The notes beneath the pieces are model-generated. The model saw only the letters and a list, made by a program, of their open reading frames with translations. It was not told the DNA's origin and did not search any database. 64,000 bases of DNA from Eledone cirrhosa (Eukaryota). Below are positions 39,916 to 53,880 of this stretch, piece after piece. The translations under genes and the position numbers were made by a program. Every line of letters starts with the position of its first letter. The first letter of the stretch is position 1. Location of the stretch: positions 46,252,001 to 46,316,000 of the forward strand of contig OZ024743.1 in assembly GCA_964016885.1 (NCBI GenBank), read 5' to 3'.

Positions 39916-41182
39916 TATTATTATTATTATTATTATAAAGAAATTATTATTATTGCTGTTGTTGCTGTTGTTGTTGTACAATGAAAATTACCATATATAT
40001 ATATAATTCTTCAGAAATGGTGACCTCCTAAAGACTAAACCATTATTATGACCTCTTGTAAACTTTTTACCCTAAGAGGAAGCTATTCAACAGAAATTCC
40101 ACCTTAATTTCTGGCTTTCAAAGGAAAATCAATAGAAATACCACAGTTAATTTCTAACTTCTTTGATAATGTACAGAAATCGAGGTAATTTTCGGGGATT
40201 TTATATAGCGTTGTTGTAAATAGTTGTTTTATATATCGTATCTGTAACGGTGAATTGGCGGAGCCGTTAGAACGTCGGGTAGAGTACTTTTCGGTACTCG
40301 TTCAGGCTCTTTGTGTTCTGAGATCAAATCCCTCTCTGGTGAATATTGCCTATCCTTTCGAAGTCAATAAATAAAGTAGCAGTACTGGGAGAAATTGACT
40401 GTGTTCAGACCTAGAGAGGAATGGGTTCAGTGGGTTTTAAATACCCATGCATGTCACTACGGTGCCCCTGCGACTCCATGTCAGTACTGGTTGAGTGAAT
40501 GACACAGATGATTTTTTTTTCTTTGACAACGAGGTTACCATATGTATATGATTTCATATACACCCCTATTGTGCTTAACGCCCTCTTAGTGCTACTGCCA
40601 ATTAATTATAACCAGCCAAGTTCGCACTATATGCAAATCAGCATTTCCAGCCAATGTTTTCTGTTTGCTGTATATAAATGAGCATCTCCAGCAAGTGTTC
40701 TTTAAATCTATATAGACTCTCGTTTATTTCAATGTCAGTACCAACTGAGTGAACGTCACTGATGAAAGATTAACAAATCTTGAAACAGCGCTCTCTGATA
40801 TTCTCAGCTGCTACTGACAAATCTGTGACGTGGTCACGGAGAAAATAATTTTTTTTCATAACGAAAGACTATTTTTCTTTCATAGAGATGCTACCATATG
40901 TTTATTGTATATAAACATATAGTGAATGCTTTCATATACACCCCTATTATACATAAATATATACATCTATACATATATACACACATACACGCTGAATCAC
41001 CTTGAGAACTGCGTTAGGAGGGGGGCATGTGTCTGTCCTCGTTAATTTCACTAGTAGGTTGATCCGTTGATATAAATAGAGTATTGATATAAATAGAGCA
41101 TTCATTGTCGAAACCGACTGAGGTCCATTCCTTCCTAGCTAAAATTCAATGGTGTTCACCATAATCAGTTTAATTAATAGTA

Positions 41183-41762
41183 ATTTCTTTACATTTGACA
41201 CAAAGGAGTTTATTTTACACTTTACTCTTCTTGTCTAAATATTTCTTAACAGATGTCATTCAAACTTACTGTTCTGGTGCCAAGTTACTTCAATAGAACT
41301 TACTCCAACATATATCGCCTTTCTGCTAAATTACACACAATTCATCCTTAGTAAATAAAGAAATGCTATAAGCACAAACATGTCAGTGTGCTTAAAGTGT
41401 TCGCTTCGTAACTATGTTGTTTCAGGTTCAGTCCCATATCGTGACACCTTTGACTGGGGCCTTCTAATATAGCTTCCAGTTAACTAATGCCTTGTGGGCA
41501 AAAATTGGTAGACGTATGTGGGAAAAATTTGGTAGTTGTTACAGCTCACACCTGTGCAGGTTTAGCTGGCCTCCTCGTTGGAGGTGTCTTGGGTAATTTA
41601 ATGATAGGGACCCCAGTCCTATCATCTCATTTCTACAGCTGAGTAAACTGGAGCAACGTGAAATAAAGTGTCTTGCTCAAGGAAACAACACATCACCCGG
41701 TCCGAGAATTGAACTCACAACCTTTCGATTGCAAGCCCAATGCTCTAACCAGTAAGCCATGC
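41183..41762. repeat. Second copy of the 5220-5798 duplication, including a CORE-SINE (41537-41762, minus)
   Basis: Near identity by eye. Confidence 0.9.
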
Positions 41763-43103
41763 TCCGTGCTTAAGCCGTGCTTAAAGTGTTCGCTTTGTAA
41801 CTATGTTGTTTCAGGTTCAGTCCCATAGCGTGGCACCTTTGACTGGGGCCTTCTAATATAGTTTCCAGTTCACTAATGCCTTGTGAGAAAAATTTGGTAG
41901 ACGTATGTATGTGTGTGTATTCATGTATGCTTTTATGTTTACCGTTTATGTTCCGTATCAAAGAGATCGATAAAATATGTGCTGGACGTGAAAAATCCCC
42001 TGGGACCGATATACTCGACAAGAAACCCCCTCAAGCCAGCTCTCTCGTGACTGAAACCAGTAAAAGAATAAAGTAGTAAAAGAATATAAATTTACCATTC
42101 TTAGTGCCGAGTGACTTTGCCAGAATTTCATGATGCTCAACTTTCATTCTTAAGAATAAGAATATATAAAACCTTTTCCTTGAAACCACATTTTAAGAAT
42201 CACTGTTATTATTGGACCTCCGTCACTTTCGATGATGAGTGCCACAGTTGTTCGAACAACAGGACAGCCTGTTCGTGAAATTAATGAGCAAGTGGATGAA
42301 CATTGCACAGATAGTTCTCAGGGAGATTCAGCGTGACACTGTGTGTGGCAAAGCAGGTCGCTGGCCCTTTAAATAATAGGTATAACTCATTTTTATCAGC
42401 TGTGAGGATTGGAGCAATATAAAATAAAGTGCTTTGCTGAAGGAGACAACAGACTACCAGGAATCAAACTCATGACCTTACGATCGCGAGTCGAATATTT
42501 AAACAACTTGGTCACGTGGTTTCACATGTTAACAGTAATATCTGACACCACTTTCATGTGAAACACGACCATTAATATTCATTTATGCAATGGGAGTCAT
42601 TGTAAGGACGCCGTCATGACATACACCTTGGGCATTTAAAACTGGCAGAACCCATCCGTGACCAGATTTGACCAAGCCCATGTTGCATAGTCGACCACAG
42701 CTGTATTTGAACCCTGGGTGTAAGGATCCGGAACAAATACCGCAAAGCATTTTTGTTCTAACGAGCTAACATTCATCTAGATTAGCATGAAATTATCCTT
42801 AACTTCATCAAGTTGTAAATTGAAAAAGGAGAGGGATTTAAATTAATTTAATGATCACAGTGAAGCAATTTACTTATATTTTATTGTTTAAGTACATTGT
42901 TCGTTTGTGAGAAACTTTTATATAATTACAAATAATTACATATAAAGCAGTGGGAAATATACATACATATACACATACATACATACATACATACATACAC
43001 ATACATACACACATAGATGAATGATTATATGTATATATATATATGCATTTATATTTATTTATATAATATTTATATATATATATATATATGCATACAAATA
43101 TAG

Positions 43104-43148
<45 letters not shown>

Positions 43149-43680
43149 TGCATATATATATATATATATACACATGCATATATATATATATATCCATCGT
43201 AAACTAACATCTTTAGAAAGACATACATTTAAGACTTAGTATTAGTTAGTTCTAGTCGTAATTTCCGAAGTAGATTTTGTTTGAATAGGCACTATCTGTG
43301 AAAAGGTGTTTCAAAAGGTGAGAATTTGCACTTATTTCGGAAATTTAGCAATAGTTATGTAGGCTATTCGCATCAACATAAAAACAAACAGGGAAATAAT
43401 ACAAAAGGATGCAGTTTGAGAAGAAATTTAAAAAACTCCTTTCTTTCGAAAAGCTCGCGTTAGCAAATGGTTATTGAAGAATCTGACAGTAAGTAGCAAA
43501 ACCTTACAATTTATATACATACGTACATATGTTTACATCTATATGTATACATACATATATACATAGATACACAAACACACATACTCTTATTTATATACAT
43601 AGATACACACACATGTATATCAACAGGTAGTAAACACAGACACATACACAACACATACACATACACAAATATACACACAC

Positions 43681-43785
43681 TTTCGATTGATGATGTTTTC
43701 CATTTCTTTAAGTTCCATGTTTATACGATCAGTAAGGCGGCATGATTCTCTATAAAGAAACATTTTCCTTTCAGATTGTATTAAC
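43681..43785 (-). CDS. Candidate internal coding exon of an unidentified host gene
   Basis: Acceptor TTTGTCTTTAAGTTTCAG, donor GTGTGT, 105 nt, phase 2-2, open: LIQSERKMFLYRESCRLTDRINMELKEMENIINR; non-repetitive. No homology recognised. Confidence 0.35.
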
Positions 43786-43836
43786 CTGAAACTTAAAGAC
43801 AAACAGCATCAACTGAATACATATCTATCTCTTTCT

Positions 43837-43917
<81 letters not shown>

Positions 43918-43925
43918 CTCTCTCG

Positions 43926-43980
<55 letters not shown>

Positions 43981-43982
43981 CA

Positions 43983-44028
<46 letters not shown>

Positions 44029-44489
44029 CATAGTAAGGTGCTGGAACGAAGTATCAATATAACATCATGCTTATTCATTCGTGACGCGTGTTTCGCAATC
44101 GATCAGCTCACTGTGCGACCGATATATCTATATACTACTAAAACTCTGTGGTTGTGTGCTTGTTTGTTATTTAATACAGCCAAAACTGCGAATAATGGGA
44201 AAATAATTTGAAAGAAAGTTGCCGTTGGAATGGGAATACAAATGAAATAAAACATGTTTCGCGTAAATCGGATCACAGCTTCTCGAGATATGAGGGTCTT
44301 TCCAGATACTTTTATAAATAGATAGAGAGAAATATAGAGAGTGAGATAGTGGTTGTGAGTAAGTAGATTAAAAATTTAATTTTACATTACATATATGTCT
44401 GTATATATTTTGATTATTTAAAAATTATTTTTAACTGAACGTGACTCAACGGGTCAGAGGTGGTCTAGTATATATAAAAATATATATAA

Positions 44490-44563
<74 letters not shown>

Positions 44564-45020
44564 TCCTGCCACCTCATTGGTTCTCTCGCCTGACCTTCTA
44601 GCAGTCTTTTTCTCACACTCGCTTGGGTCAGTCGCATCTTTTTTCGTTCGATCACACGCTCTTGAACTTATGTTCTCTACCGCTGTGGTCTTGGATTCTC
44701 TTGCCTTCAGTTGCTTCACATTCTTCGGTGTGTTTCTCTTTTCTTCCCTTTTCGCCATTTCCCTTCTATTTTCCTTCTCTCCCTCCTCCGTTTTCCCAAT
44801 AACTTACCCGGATATTGAAGGCTCTGAGGGTAGATATATTGTGTTTAAAGCGTTGAAATATCCGAGACCCCCAGTAGACAACTGATGAGGAAAACTCCCT
44901 CCCTTCCTGTTCTTGTTTTCTTCTTATTCTCATTCCATTGTTAAGCTTATATATCTATAGTGAAAGACTGGAGAGTACTCACAACCTCTAACTGGATTAC
45001 CTATAACGATAATTGTTACC

Positions 45021-45058
<38 letters not shown>

Positions 45059-45547
45059 CGGGCGAAAACAGGAAAATGAACGAATACAGACAGTCCAATC
45101 TCATCAGTCGACTGCCAGAGACGCGTGGTTTCGGTTCTTTAAGGTCGATACAACTGGCTCTATTGCACAAGGGACAGTAACAAATGGACAAAAGACAAGT
45201 AAGAGAGAATATTTGCCACTGACCCATGATATGTAACTGAAAAGATATCGACGAGGTCCAACATATTGATTAACCAAGAAGAAGAGATAGAGAATATACA
45301 AACATTAATATTATTATTTTTCGTTTGTTTGGACGTTAAGTCCTAAAACTCCAGCCACAACGAGCAGAGAGAAAGAGAAAGAGTAAGAGAAAAATTTGCT
45401 ACTCAATATGTTGATATCTTTTCAGTTGCAGATCATGGGTTAGTGGCAAATATTCTCTCTTATCTTAAATAGACGTCAAGACTATCGTCTTGACTTTTAT
45501 CCATTTGTTACTGTCCTTTGTGCATTATTTGTGCCTCATTTGTAAAT

Positions 45548-46155
45548 ATGGCGGTGGATTGGCAGTATCGTAGAGCGCCAGACGTCATGCTTTGCAGCAT
45601 AGTTATGGCCCTTTGCGTTCTGAGTTCAATCCGCCGAGGTTAACTTTGCTTTTCATCCTTACCAAGTCGATAAAATAAAGTACCAGTGATGCACTGGGGT
45701 AATCGCTGGCCTTGTGCCAAAAGTAGAAACCCTAAGGGCGGTGAATTGGCAGTATCGGTAGAGGGTCGGACGCCATGCTTTCCAACATAGTTACGTCCCT
45801 TTACGGTCTGAGTTCAAATCCCGCCGAGGTTAACTTTGTCTTTCATCCTTACGGGGTCGATAAAATAAAGTTCCAGTAATGCACTGGGACAATTATTTGT
45901 GCCTTATTTGTAAATGGGGCAGTGAATTGGCAGTATATGGCGGTGGATTGGCAGTATCGGTAGAGTGTCGGACACCAGGCTTTGCAGTATAGAGTTACAC
46001 CCATTTACAATCTGAGTTCAAATTCCGCCGAGGTTAACTTTGCCTTTCATCCTTACGGCGTCGATAAAATAAAGCATCAGTAATGCACTAAGTCAATTTA
46101 ATTGACTTTCCCCTCCCTCAAAATTGCTGGCCTTGTGCCTAAAGTAGAAATCATT
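45548..46155 (+). mobile_element. Three Meta/MESC-type SINEs in head-to-tail tandem
   Basis: Starts near 45548, 45733 and 45937, each with A/B boxes and the Meta-like domain. Confidence 0.85.
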
Positions 46156-46327
46156 ATTTGTAAATAGTCATCAAGACTATCATCTTGTCGTTTGTCCATT
46201 TGTTACTGTACTAGAGCCAGTTGTATCGACCTTAAAGTACTGAAACAACGTGTCTCTAGCGGTCGACAGTCTGTATTCGTTCATTTTACTATCTTTACCC
46301 TTTTTTTATTCATTTATATATATATAA

Positions 46328-46416
46328 CAGAAGTCCGACGAGCTTTTGATATTAGATTCGGACCCGCTCGATACAGATAGAACCTTGAGTGATCAATCGC
46401 GAAACGCGCGTCATTC
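46328..46416 (+). ncRNA. Hammerhead-like fold (C4 variant or decayed) in a TA-flanked stub; related 3' half at about 44075-44120 (-)
   Basis: AGAAGT-CCGACGA-GC..TTGAT/ATCAA..GC-GAAAC-GCGC-GTC-ATTCT. Confidence 0.5.
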
Positions 46417-46670
46417 TTCAATATTACATTTATATATATATATATATATTTAGGCACAAGGCCAACAATTTGGGGGGGAGGGGAAAACCGATTAAATCGA
46501 CCCCAGTGCATTACTGGTACTTTACTTTATCGACTCCGTAAGGATAAACTGCAAAGCTAACCTCGGATAAATTACAATAAACAGATGTACATAAGAATTT
46601 TACCGATATAATGTTTTCGTTATGAAAGAATATATTTCTTTGATAGCGAGACTACCATATTTATTGTATA

Positions 46671-47235
46671 CTAGCAGTGGTACCCGGCGTTGCACGGGAT
46701 AAGGTACTTTGGAACGCGAGCCGCCAACAGACCTAATCGTGGAAAAACTGCATGCCTGGACAATATGTAAAGAAAATAAACCGAATACTCTGATGGCTGG
46801 ATAATCTTTAAGATTTTGCTCGATGAAGCAGGAAAAATGCAGGTTTTCACCTAATGCGGACCCTAGGGGATCAAGAAAATGAATTTTTTATGTGCATAAT
46901 ATGCCTTGAAATTTCGGGAAAATCGGCTAGACGTAACGCCTCAAAAAAGCCCTAAAAAGCTGAAAAAAGTTTTTCACCTAATGCGGGCCCTAGGCCATAA
47001 CAAAGTTGGATTTTCTTTGCTCACGGTATGAAGAAGAGACTGATTAATGCATAGTTACAATTTCAAGGAAATCAGTCTGACGTAACGACTAAAAAAAAAA
47101 CCTAGGGGATCAAAAGGTTGAATTTGTTTATGTGCATAACACTCTCTAAAACATAAGTAATACACATGTAAAGTTTGAAAAACATTGGTTGGGTACTTCT
47201 CGAGTTTTAGGGATTCAAACTCACAGACACACACA

Positions 47236-47275
<40 letters not shown>

Positions 47276-47604
47276 CACACGCACACACACACACACAGAC
47301 ATCCTCGAGGAAGTGGCGTAATGCAGACAGTCAGACATACAGACAGATATTATAAGGGCGCGACGTTATATGTATGTATCTATCTAAAAAGGGAAAGACT
47401 AAGAATTATAGAGAGAGATCGATAAATCGCCTAATGCGGTCCCTAGGGCATTGACAATTTGAAATTTGTTTGGCTCAGAACACTCCCTGAAACATTAGTA
47501 TTACATGTGGAAAGTTTGAAAACAGTCGGTTGTGTGCTTCTCTAGTTTTAGGAATTCAAACTCACACACACACAGACAGACATCCTCAGTTTTATATATA
47601 TAGA
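46671..47604 (-). mobile_element. Non-autonomous Helitron, copy 1
   Basis: Minus strand starts TCTATATATATAAAAC and ends with hairpin CCCGTGCAACGCCGGG plus TGCTAG followed by T. Confidence 0.8.
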
Positions 47605-48196
47605 CTAGCAGTGGTACCCGGCGTTGCACGGTATAAGGTATTGTGAAATATATAACCGCCTTAGCTAAGCTTAGTATTGCCATAACCACGGCTGGCAAAG
47701 AAGTATGGGTCTGGTGATACGTAAGTAAGCAACACTGTGGTTTAAAACGTGAGGAAGAAGTTGTGTGCACTTACCAACTGTTTGGGGAATTAGTGTGAGA
47801 TTTGTCTTGAGCAAGGATGGCAGAATAACGGGAGGCAGCAGACAGCCAGACATACAGACAAATATTATAAGGGCGTGTTCTGGACGCAGAGCGAATTGTA
47901 GGAAGTGACGTAATGCAGACAGCCAGACATACAGACAGATATTATAAGGGCGCGACGTTATATGTATGCATCTATCTAAAAAGTGAAAGACTAAGAATTA
48001 TAGAAAGAGATAGCTAAATCGCCTAATGCGGTGTCTAGGACATTGAAAATTTTAAAAGAATTTTGCTCAGAACACTTCCTGCAACATAAGTATTACATGT
48101 GTAAAGTTTGAAAACAGTCGGTTGGGTGCTTCTCTAGTTTTAGGGATTCAAACTCACACACACACACAGACATCCTCAGTTTTATATATATATAGA
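47605..48196 (-). mobile_element. Non-autonomous Helitron, copy 2, head-to-tail with copy 1
   Basis: Same termini; about 47900-48196 matches 47305-47604; exact CTAG|TC junction at 47604/47605. Confidence 0.8.
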
Positions 48197-48779
48197 CTAG
48201 CAGAAAACCACCCGGTGGGCGGTTTTCTGCTAGCAAATCTAGTGTATATACTAATATTGTTGAGATTTGGATGAGAAATGTTTTCGGCACCACATGTTCA
48301 CCGTCTCTCGGTGTGTCTTTTATGCATGTATAAATATATATGTTATCTATACGGTGAAATCTTTGAAATAAATATATGTTAAAACGAAAAAGGAGAAAAA
48401 GAGATTAGTGACGGAAATATAAACGTTATGATACATAAACGTTATGATATAACGATGGAAATATATCTTCAAATGGTCCTTGGCATGGTGTCAAGTCAGA
48501 ACCGCCTCGAACTGGTTACTTCTGGCTTGTGCAAGGTGTCTCTATAGCAACCAGCGATTCCCTCGGCCTCAGTGACCAAAGTCAGTGGAGAGGGGAAGGT
48601 AATGTTTCTATAGCGACAGTGTTTCTCTTGGTAGTACCAAAGTGGAGAAAGGAAGGGGAAGGTAATATTTCTGTAGCACCTACATTTGAGTTTTAGGGAA
48701 GGACAGACAGACAGACAGACAAACAGAGAAATGCCCATATATTTCTGTGTGTGTATGTATATATATATATATATATATA

Positions 48780-48938
48780 ACGAAGGAAATGTGGTAAGGA
48801 ACCAGGTGGACCATAACGCACCAAAGTACTCAATACTTGAGGTAGTAGAGTGGGTATTAGGAACCAGTAAGACCCCGACAGCTGAGCTCAAGCCGTTTCG
48901 ACGGCTAATTCTGGACTAAAATGCTTTGATATTAGTCC
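48780..48938 (-). mobile_element. Terminal stub of the Naiad-type family, truncated inside hammerhead stem II
   Basis: Matches 20690-20752 and 16768-16895; abuts (TA)n. Confidence 0.75.
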
Positions 48939-48939
48939 A

Positions 48940-49085
48940 AATATATATACATTTCTGTGTGTGTAATATATATATATACACACACAGAAATATATATACA
49001 TTTCTGTGTGTGTAATATATATATATATACACACGCAGAAATATATATATATACACACAGAAATATATATACATTTCTGTGTGTG

Positions 49086-49126
<41 letters not shown>

Positions 49127-49152
49127 GAAATATATATACATTTCTGTGTGTG

Positions 49153-49210
<58 letters not shown>

Positions 49211-49616
49211 CACACACAGAAATGTATATATATTTCTGTGTGTATATATATATATTTCTGTGTGTGTATATATATATATATTACACACACAGAAATGTAT
49301 ATATATTTCTGTGTGTGTATATATATATATTACACACACAGAAATGTATATATATTTCTGTGTGTGTATATATATATATATTACACACACAGAAATGTAT
49401 ATATATTTCTGTGTGTATATATATATATATATATTACACACACAGAAATGTATATATATTTCTGTGTGTATATATATATATTACACACACAGAAATGTAT
49501 ATATATTTCTGTGTGTGTATATATATATATATTACACACACAGAAATGTATATATATTTCTGTGTGTGTGTATATATATATATATATTACACACACAGAA
49601 ATGTATATATATTTCT
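48940..49616. repeat. Inverted array of a hairpin-forming minisatellite of roughly 55-60 bp
   Basis: Unit TATACATTTCTGTGTGTGTAATA(TA)nCACACACAGAAATA repeated, then reversed after the (TA)n at about 49155-49208. Confidence 0.9.
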
Positions 49617-49739
49617 TAGAACAAAATTATTATTAATGTTTTGCTGTTCATAACAATTGGAATTGAAAAATTACTTTTGAAATTATTAGTTATTTTACTA
49701 ATGCTTAGATATGTAAAAATGAAGCAATGTTTCTAATAA

Positions 49740-49928
49740 TTGTTTCTACTTTTGGCACAAGGCCAGCTATTACCCAGTACATTACTGGTACTTTATTTTA
49801 TCGACCCCGTGAGGATAAAAGGCAAAGTTAACCTCGGCGGTATTTGAACTCAGACCGTAAAGGGACGTAACTCCATGCTATGAAGCATGGTGTCCGACTC
49901 TTTACAGATTCTGCCAATCCACCGCCCT
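49740..49928 (-). mobile_element. Meta/MESC-type SINE
   Basis: Reverse-complement match to the family. Confidence 0.85.
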
Positions 49929-50283
49929 AATGTCTGTACGTAATGAGGGAGTGAGAGGGGAGAGAAAGAAAGGCAGAGGTGAAGTGACGAAGTGACTCTC
50001 TCCTCCTCCTCCTCCTCCTCCATCTCTCCATTCGTCACAGCGATAGAGGGGAGGAATGTTAGTGTGTTACAAAGAGAAAGAGTGAGAGTGAGAGAAACAG
50101 ACAGACTAAAAGAGAGGGATAGTTGGAGAGAGAGAGATAGCAACCACGCGCGCACGTGTTTCCACTTTCGGGCAGACAGACAGAGAAATTGGTGGTTATA
50201 TATTATAAGGAGATATAGATATATAGTGTATGCTTTGATATACAACCCTGATATACAAAAGCTGTCTTACTGCTACTGTCAAG

Positions 50284-50367
<84 letters not shown>

Positions 50368-51012
50368 TTATGTATATACTCACAGGTACAATTATATGTG
50401 TATATAATTCTAGTGTAGTGTTCACGTTGGTGCAAGAGAATACATAAATAGAACATTTTCTATAATCTCGTTTTTGGATTCAGTACCAGTCCTCCTATTA
50501 ATTCTGAGAAAACCCCTTTCAGTCATCACTGAAAGGGGTTTACAGGCCTCGACAAGGTGTTTTGTGTCCTCTCAATGTCACTGATGTTGACCAAAAGAAA
50601 GTCAAAGACTGATATATATTATCATCAGTCGCTGCAACTTATTTTCCCTGGGGCAACGTGAAATAAATGGAACTCACAACTTCACCATCGGATATCTCAA
50701 CGCCCTAACCACTAATCCACGTGATTTCACGCTCACTTTGATACACGCTGTAGTGAATAATAGATATGTTTAATAGAGACGGAACGACCTAGTATTGTAC
50801 TCCGTATTACTTGCCTTTCAGTACATTGCCCATGTAGATATCTTAGAGAAAATAATCAAAATTTCTTCAGCGCCGTAAATTAGAAAATGATTTGGGAGAA
50901 AAACTACTAAATTCCATTACCGCCAGGTGCACACAACCATTTTTTGAAAGAATTTTCATTATTTGTTTCATAGAAGATTGTTTGTTGGTTTGTTTTTCTT
51001 CTTTTATTATAC

Positions 51013-51181
<169 letters not shown>

Positions 51182-51243
51182 TCTCTATCTGCCTTCCCGT
51201 CCATCTATCTATCTTTTGATATATATATATATATATGTATATG

Positions 51244-51406
<163 letters not shown>

Positions 51407-51430
51407 GTATAATAAACAATACAATATAAC

Positions 51431-51504
51431 TACCTCATTACCAGAGGTTTCCCGAATAAGACGAATACAAGAAAACGTCCTCATTCGTTCGTCAGACAAG
51501 GCAA
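51431..51504 (-). ncRNA. Type I hammerhead ribozyme (inverted pLTR copy)
   Basis: TGCCTTGT-CTGACGA-long stem II-GAAACC-TCT-GGTA-ATGAGGTA. Confidence 0.75.
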
Positions 51505-52130
51505 TTTAAAACATAGTGAAATATTTGAAAAATCTCCTCAAGAAAGGCAAAAGTTTAACGGGCAAAATAAAATATAAATAAAAGTAATGCAAGAGATATA
51601 TAAAAATAAAATAAGGAAATATAGTAAGGGTATGTGTATAAATGTGTGTATATGCACCTACAAATGTACATATGTGTGTATGTACAAATGCATGTGTATA
51701 GTGAAAAAATGTGTGCGTAAGTACATACATAAGGGCAAGCATATCAGTGTATGTGTGACCACAAATACGTATATAATATATGCTGAAAAAAGAAATTGTA
51801 AGATAATAGAGTTAGCGTACATACAGACTCAGGCACTAAGGATTGAAATATATACACATACACGTATGAAAGCACGCGTATAAACACACACGCGCGCTCA
51901 ACCACATACATGTATGTGATATATACAGGGAAGGGAGTGTATCAGTCAAAGCAGTGTCAGGCTGAAGGTCGATTCAGATATAAAAATATAAAATATGAAA
52001 ATGAAAAAATATATGAGAATAAAAAAATTAAATCAAAGAGAAAGTAAGAGGGAGGAGTTATCAATTATAAAGTAACACTAGAAAAAATAAATAAAAAGTA
52101 GAAAACATACAGAGATTCGTACGCACATAT

Positions 52131-52167
<37 letters not shown>

Positions 52168-53537
52168 CGTACAGACAAAAGCACATACATGCGTACATAT
52201 ATACAAAAGCGCGCATACATACACACGGAGCACATATATATACATACATGTACATCTAATCACACGCACGCACATGACCATATATATATATATATATATA
52301 CACACACATATATATAAGTATGTAAAAAACATAGATATAAAAACACACATACACACACATATACACATACACGCGCACATACGAATGCATACGTATACAT
52401 ATACAAACACGTATACACACATATGCACACTTACACGAATACATACAATATAAAAACCAGCCGTATGAATAAATGAGTACAAATTATACGCAAGTAAACA
52501 TACATAAAAGCGGCTGAGGGACAACAGAATATATCTGGAGTTGAAAACACAAGTGATATGTGATATCAGGTAGTGAAAGAAAAGGGGGAAGTAAAATATG
52601 TAAAATTGTGAAGATATAAAGTAAGTGAATCAAAAATCAGGGGGGGAGTCACTGGTGGATGTGAAGTAAAAAATAAAGTGACAACCACCAGCAACAACCT
52701 ACCAGCCACCAGCGAACGATATGTGAGTATGACACAAGACAAATTCAAAACGCGTTATTACTCACATGTCGCATCTTTGCGACATCCTGAAAAAAGATTT
52801 ACAGCAGCTCTGGCTAGCAGAATATGGGATTTGAAAGACCAAGGTATCCAATAAAATTAGATTGGTCAATTTTGAACCAATCTAAAGAATATGCAAGAGG
52901 AACAAGAAGATGCGCACTCTGCATAAGTGAAAAATATTGGATTTTACAGAACCTTAAATCACCAAAAACCTGCCTAAATGCAAAAACAGAAATTTTCACC
53001 TGTTGCCCACAAATGAAATCACACTTGCTTTCCAGCTCATATAAACTTAACTCACTTTCAGATACTTATCCTCCATAAACTCTTGTTCTTCACTTTCCTT
53101 AACTTGCCTGCTTTACAGACTTCTCTTTCTGATTTACTTTTATTTTTATTTTTAACTTTATTTTTACTTCACATCCACCAGTGACCCCCCACCCCCCTGA
53201 TTTTTTATTCACTTACTTTATATCTTCACAATTTTACATATTTTACTTCCCCCTTTTCTTTCACTACCTGATAACACATGTCACTTGTGTTTTCAACTCC
53301 AGATATATTCTGTTGTCCCTCAGCCGCTTTTATGTATGTTTACTTGCGTATAATTTGTACTCATTTATTCATACGGCTAGTTTTTATATTGTATGTATGC
53401 GTGTAAGTGTGCATATGTGTGTATACGTGTTTGTATATGTATACGTATGCATTCGTATGTGCGCGTGTATGTGTATATGTGTGTGTGTGTATGTGTGTTT
53501 TTATATCTATGTTTTTTACATACTTATATATATATAT

Positions 53538-53880
53538 TAGGGTTATCGTGTTTGAGCTCTGCTGATGAACGATTACTAACCGTGACCATCCCCACGGAGA
53601 GTTTCACGAAATAGTCTTTTGAAGACTATACAGAGCATTTGTAGTTTTTCCAAATTGAAGGATGAGTATTTAAACTTTATTCTGAGTTAAGGCTCTATTG
53701 ATTTTTCCCTGGATTTCACAAAATTCTATGGATAAATCTATGTCTTGATTTTTTTTAATTGAGTTTGAATTATTTTCCAACATCTTACGTTAACTATTTT
53801 TCCATTTTGACGTTATAGTCACTTATATGTTATGAAATACTGTTGGCTTCACGCTCACAACAATTTCTATACTTTCATTT
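53538..53880 (+). mobile_element. Penelope-like terminal stub nested in a (TA)n of the pLTR; shorter sister copy at 54035-54280
   Basis: Absent from the inverted pLTR copy; about 53648-53880 matches 54035-54270; carries a hammerhead-like fold. Confidence 0.7.
53556..53636 (+). ncRNA. Type I hammerhead-like ribozyme with an extra domain before stem II
   Basis: Stem I GCTCTG/CAGAGC, CTGATGA, GTGA/TCAC, GAAA, stem III ATAGTCTT/AAGACTAT, cleavage triplet ATA (53630). Confidence 0.65.

Noticed and set aside
44820-45170. GAAA...CTGATGA motifs (44850-44890 plus, 45100-45140 minus) as type II hammerheads
   Set aside because: I could not build convincing stems I and II.
48940-49616. CRISPR-like array
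   Set aside because: No unique spacers, no cas genes, eukaryotic context.
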